Shown here in pieces: positions 60,621 to 64,000 of a stretch of DNA of 64,000 nt. The translations under genes and the position numbers were made by a program. This DNA comes from a bacterium (GTDB taxonomy: Bacteria > UBA8248). Numbering within the stretch: the stretch's first letter is position 1; every line of letters starts with the position of its first letter. The DNA is taken from positions 1,248,001 through 1,312,000 of the forward strand of contig OZ241875.1 in assembly GCA_965203325.1 (NCBI GenBank). The letters are read 5' to 3'. The notes beneath the pieces were generated by a model that was not told where the DNA came from, did no database searches, and saw only the letters and a program-made list of their open reading frames with translations.

Positions 60621-60806
60621 CTCCAGAATACCCACTGCCTCGCCAGGAACTCCGCCTGCATTCGCTTGGAGGAACAGCTTTTTTTCTTGGAAATACGCCG
60701 TCGTCGTTTAAACTCCCCAATCGACGAGGCCCTTGAGCGAAACGAGGCGCTCGAACGGCTTTATGAATTGGAAACGGCCGCCGACCCGGAAGGTTCGCTT
60801 CTCTCC

Positions 60807-61730
60807 ATGACGACGGAGGCGACATCGCCCGTCCCGGCTTCAACGACGGCCCCGGTCCGCCCGGCCGCCGACCTGGCGAAGGCCTCGATGGCGAAGAACA
60901 CACGGCGGGCGTACGAGACGGCGCTCAGGGCGTTCGAGCGTTCGGGCCGCCCGGAGACCGACGCCGGGGTGGCGGCGTACCTGGGGGATCTCTACGAGGG
61001 AGGTCTGTCCGCGGCCGTAGCCTCCATGGCGGTCGCGGCGCTGCGCTTCCGGGCGAAGCTGGGCGGGTGGCCCTCCCCGGTGGGGGCGGCCGCCGAGCGG
61101 GTGCTGGCCGGCTTCCGGCGCCTGGCCGCGGAGCGCGGGAGCGGCCAGGTGACGGGGGTGCGCTGGGAGGAGGCGGACCGCGCGGCGACGCTGGCCGAGC
61201 GCTCGGGGACCCTGGGCGGCCTGCGCGACGCGGCGATCATCGCGGTGGCGAGCGACGCCCTGCTCCGGGTGTCGGAGGTCGAGGCGCTCGACGTCGCCGA
61301 CGTGGACCTGGGCGAGCAGACGGTGCTGGTCCGGCGCTCGAAGACGGACCAGGAGGGCGCGGGCGTCCTGCAGTTTCTGGGCGACCCGACCCTGGCGCGC
61401 GTCCGGGCCTGGCTCGAGGGGTCGGGTCTCGCAGAAGGAGCGCTCTTCCGGGCCGTCCACAGGTCGGGCCGGGTGCTGGCGGGGCGCCTGACGGAGAGGG
61501 GCATCCGGCGCATCATCGCCCACCGCGCGCGGGAGGCGGGCCTGGAGGGGCGCATCAGCGGGCACAGCCTCCGCGTGGGCAGCGCGCAGAGCCTCGCCAC
61601 GTCGGGGGCGTCGCTGGTCGAGATGCAAATCGCCGGCCGCTGGCGCTCGCCCGCCATGCCGGGGCGCTACGCGGAGGGCCAGCTCGCGAAACAGGGCGCG
61701 ACGGCGCGGCTGCGCTACGGCCCGCCGTGA
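60807..61730 (+). CDS. Tyrosine recombinase, Cre-like subfamily
   Basis: RDAAII...LLRVSE (R), RRSKTDQ.G.G (K), SGHSLRVG.A (HxxR), GRW.S..M..RY (W, Y). Start inferred from the ATG shared with the relic at 14444. Confidence 0.9.
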   Translation: MTTEATSPVPASTTAPVRPAADLAKASMAKNTRRAYETALRAFERSGRPETDAGVAAYLGDLYEGGLSAAVASMAVAALRFRAKLGGWPSPVGAAAERVLAGFRRLAAERGSGQVTGVRWEEADRAATLAERSGTLGGLRDAAIIAVASDALLRVSEVEALDVADVDLGEQTVLVRRSKTDQEGAGVLQFLGDPTLARVRAWLEGSGLAEGALFRAVHRSGRVLAGRLTERGIRRIIAHRAREAGLEGRISGHSLRVGSAQSLATSGASLVEMQIAGRWRSPAMPGRYAEGQLAKQGATARLRYGPP

Positions 61731-61740
61731 GGCAGCTCTC

Positions 61741-61877
61741 GGACAGGTACGGGGGCCTGTCCCTACGGGATCGGTGGCCGGAATGACGGGTGTTGTGATC
61801 TCTACAAAAGGGTGTCGTAGGGGCGCTTCGTGAAGCGCCCGTTTCTCCGGCAAGGGCCGTTCGCGAACGGCCCCTAC
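61741..61877. repeat. GTAG-type REP cluster, inverted counterpart of 57111-57239
   Basis: CGTAGGGGCGCTTCGTGAAGCGCCCGTTTCTCCGGCAAGGGCCGTTC (61816-61862) is the reverse complement of about 57143-57189. Confidence 0.8.
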
Positions 61878-62100
61878 AAAATCATGATTCCCTGGCCATG
61901 AACCCCTCAACCCCCCTTTCAGGGGATAAAGGCAACCCCCCTACCCCCCTTGTCGGGCCTGTTGAAAAACCCGGCGTTCGTCATCTATGGCGCGCTCTCC
62001 CCACCAAAGAGAATTTCAAATCAACTCCCCCCTTGAGGGTCTGTTGAGAAAGCCTGGAACTCTGGATTTGTCGTATGTGACCGACCGACGAGAGAGAAAA

Positions 62101-62255
62101 ATCAACTCCCCCCTTGAGGGGGAGTCGGCAAGACGAGGGCGAAGCCCGAAGTCGCGCCGGTGGGGGGAGTTTTTTCTGTGGCATGTCCCCCCACCGAATC
62201 GACCTTCGCAAAAAACGCTCGGCCTCTTCGACTCCCCCTCAAGGGGGGAGTTGAT
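62101..62255. repeat. MITE-like palindromic element copy 2, nested between partial TIRs at 62021-62039 and 62281-62299
   Basis: Same terminal IRs as 57344-57520. Confidence 0.85.
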
Positions 62256-62818
62256 TGCATATCTCGCGCGTGAAGGAATGCCCCTCAAGGGGGGAGTGAA
62301 TTTGAACCTCGTCTGGGGAAGAAAGCCCGACCTTCCAGGAGCCGCCCCAAAAACCTTTTTCAAAGGAGCACCCCCCCCCTACCCCCCCTTAACAGGGGTC
62401 AAACGCGAGTGATGAACGAGCGTTTGCATGAGCCATTGACGAGAAACACATCGTCTTGCAAAACCTCCCTCTTCGGTCGGTTTTGACCCCTGTCAAGGGG
62501 GGCAGGACAGCCCTGAGGAGGGGCTGTCCTTTCAGGCTGAGGAAAGAGGCGTCGGCGGTTTCCGGGGAACGCATACAGGGCTTCCCCAACACCCCGCTCA
62601 TCGGAGAAAAACCGCATTTCAATCCTGTTGCAACATTCAGGCGCAGTCCTTATATTAAAAGTAGGAACACGTTCATAAAGAGCATGGCCGAGGTGGAGAG
62701 GACGCTTCCTTTCCGCGCCGGCGCCTCACCCATAAGGAGGAGATAAAACGACTCGGAACAGTTGACGACAGGGTTGCCGTGAGCCAATGCAAGATTTCGT
62801 GGGGGAGTTACCGCAATC

Positions 62819-63559
62819 ATGAGTACATTTATCCTGCCATTCGTTTTGTCCCTGCTTATTCTTCTCCTCCCGGACGCTTCCCTGGCGAAGTACAAGGTCG
62901 CATCCGTCAAAGACGGCGGAACCATCACCGGCAAAGTCAGCTTCGAGGGAAAGGTTCCCGCCCCCGTCAAATACATCATCACCAAGGACCAGCACGCCTG
63001 CGGCAAGGGCCAGGTCACCCGCCAGGAGGTGGACGCGAAAGACGGCGCGCTTAGAGGCGTCATCGTCTATCTCGACAAGGTCAAAAAGGGCAAGGCGTAT
63101 CCCGAGAAAATCAAGAGCGCCGTGGTGGACCAGAAGAAGTGCGCCTACGTGCCCTACCTCCAGGTCGTCGCCGAGGGGGGCAAGGTCACCATCCTGAACA
63201 GCGACGCCGCCCACCACAACATCCACACCTACGAGATCATCGGCCGGGCGAAGCGCTCCATGTGGAACATCTCCCAGCCCAGGCAGCGGAAGAAGGTCGT
63301 CCGCCGGGCGAAGGTGCGGCGCAGCCCCATCGTCCGGGTCGAGTGCGACGTGCACAACTGGATGAAGGGATTCCTCTTCGTGGCCCGGAACCCCTACTAC
63401 GCGCTCGTGGGCGCGGACGGGCGCTTCGAGATCGCAGACGTCCCGCCGGGGAAATACTCGCTCAGGGCGTGGCACCCGGCCCTGGGGGTCAAGAAGAAAA
63501 GGATCAAAATTTCCACCGGAGGAAAGAAGACGGCCGACTTCACGTTTTCTGCGAAATAA
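62819..63559 (+). CDS. Secreted cupredoxin-like / carboxypeptidase-regulatory-like domain protein
   Basis: Signal peptide, GTITGKV, DQ..C.Y.P, N.D...HNIH, CDVHNWM, G.F.I.DVPPG.Y.L.AWH. Confidence 0.8.
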   Translation: MSTFILPFVLSLLILLLPDASLAKYKVASVKDGGTITGKVSFEGKVPAPVKYIITKDQHACGKGQVTRQEVDAKDGALRGVIVYLDKVKKGKAYPEKIKSAVVDQKKCAYVPYLQVVAEGGKVTILNSDAAHHNIHTYEIIGRAKRSMWNISQPRQRKKVVRRAKVRRSPIVRVECDVHNWMKGFLFVARNPYYALVGADGRFEIADVPPGKYSLRAWHPALGVKKKRIKISTGGKKTADFTFSAK

Positions 63560-63812
63560 GACCGGATTTTCAACACGAGGAAGACCCGGGAAGATGAGAA
63601 CCGACCCGCATGCAGTGAAAACACTCGAGAAGCGAACCGTTCGGTTCGCATCCGCGGGTTCACCCGTCTCGTTTCGGGCCGCCGCCGGAGAACACGCCGA
63701 ATACGGCCCGATGGGGGCCGCCCGAAAAGCTTCCTTGACGAAAACCAACCCCCCCTACCCCCCCTTAACAGGGGGGCAAGAAAGAGCAACCCCCCTTGTA
63801 GAGCGCTCAACA

Positions 63813-63989
63813 ATCAACTCCCCCCTTGAGGGGGTCGGGCTTTCCCCTCGGGAAGCCCGACAGAGGCCGAGCGGTTTGTGCGAAGGCCGATGTGGTGGGG
63901 GGAGTTTTTATCCGTGGCATGTCCCCCCACCGAATCGCTTGCGGGCTTCGCCCTTAGCTCTTCGACTCCCCCTCAAGGGGGGAGTTGAT
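63813..63989. repeat. MITE-like palindromic element copy 3 (opposite orientation)
   Basis: Same TIRs. Shares the GGCTTTCCCCTCGGGAAGCC insert with copy 1. Confidence 0.85.
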
Positions 63990-64000
63990 CCTTTTTTGCG

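Noticed and set aside
60588..60806. N-terminal extension of the recombinase ORF
   Set aside because: It starts inside the invertible segment and crosses the right site. Homology with the relic supports a start near 60807.
57061..64000. CRISPR array
   Set aside because: The repeats are palindromic, variable in length and irregularly spaced, with no unique equal-length spacers and no cas genes.

Overview
Bacterial, mostly GC-rich window. The wealth of ABC transporters, hydantoinases and cadherin/FN3/Calx-beta adhesins resembles host-associated (e.g. sponge-symbiont-like) genomes; this is inference and the taxon was not determined. Layout: (1) 1-8.5 kb is a lower-GC defence island: partial protein with a C-terminal PD-(D/E)XK nuclease, an AbiEi/AbiEii pair whose toxin is fused to WYL plus a Zn-finger, a PIN protein, a REase-PIN fusion and an IS3 scrap. 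(2) 8.8-15.4 kb is a two-gene adhesin/autotransporter locus. (3) 16.9-47.8 kb is a catabolic/transport block, bracketed by a duplicated gpsA 3' end. (4) IS1111 relic, gpsA, MntR/DtxR, TonB, groEL/groES with CIRCE. (5) 57-64 kb is a REP/MITE-rich region holding a TbpB-like lipoprotein and a Cre-like tyrosine recombinase. The headline observation is a candidate phase-variation system. The same 185-bp segment carrying a TTGACA promoter lies upstream of two unrelated surface-protein genes (14097-14281 and 60428-60612). In both places it is flanked by inverted lox-like sites (consensus (T/G)CCGATAA-N6-TTATCGG(A/C)) whose 6-bp spacers match within a locus but differ between loci. One copy abuts an intact Cre-like recombinase; the other abuts an internally deleted relic of it. 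No rRNA, tRNA or CRISPR array was recognised.
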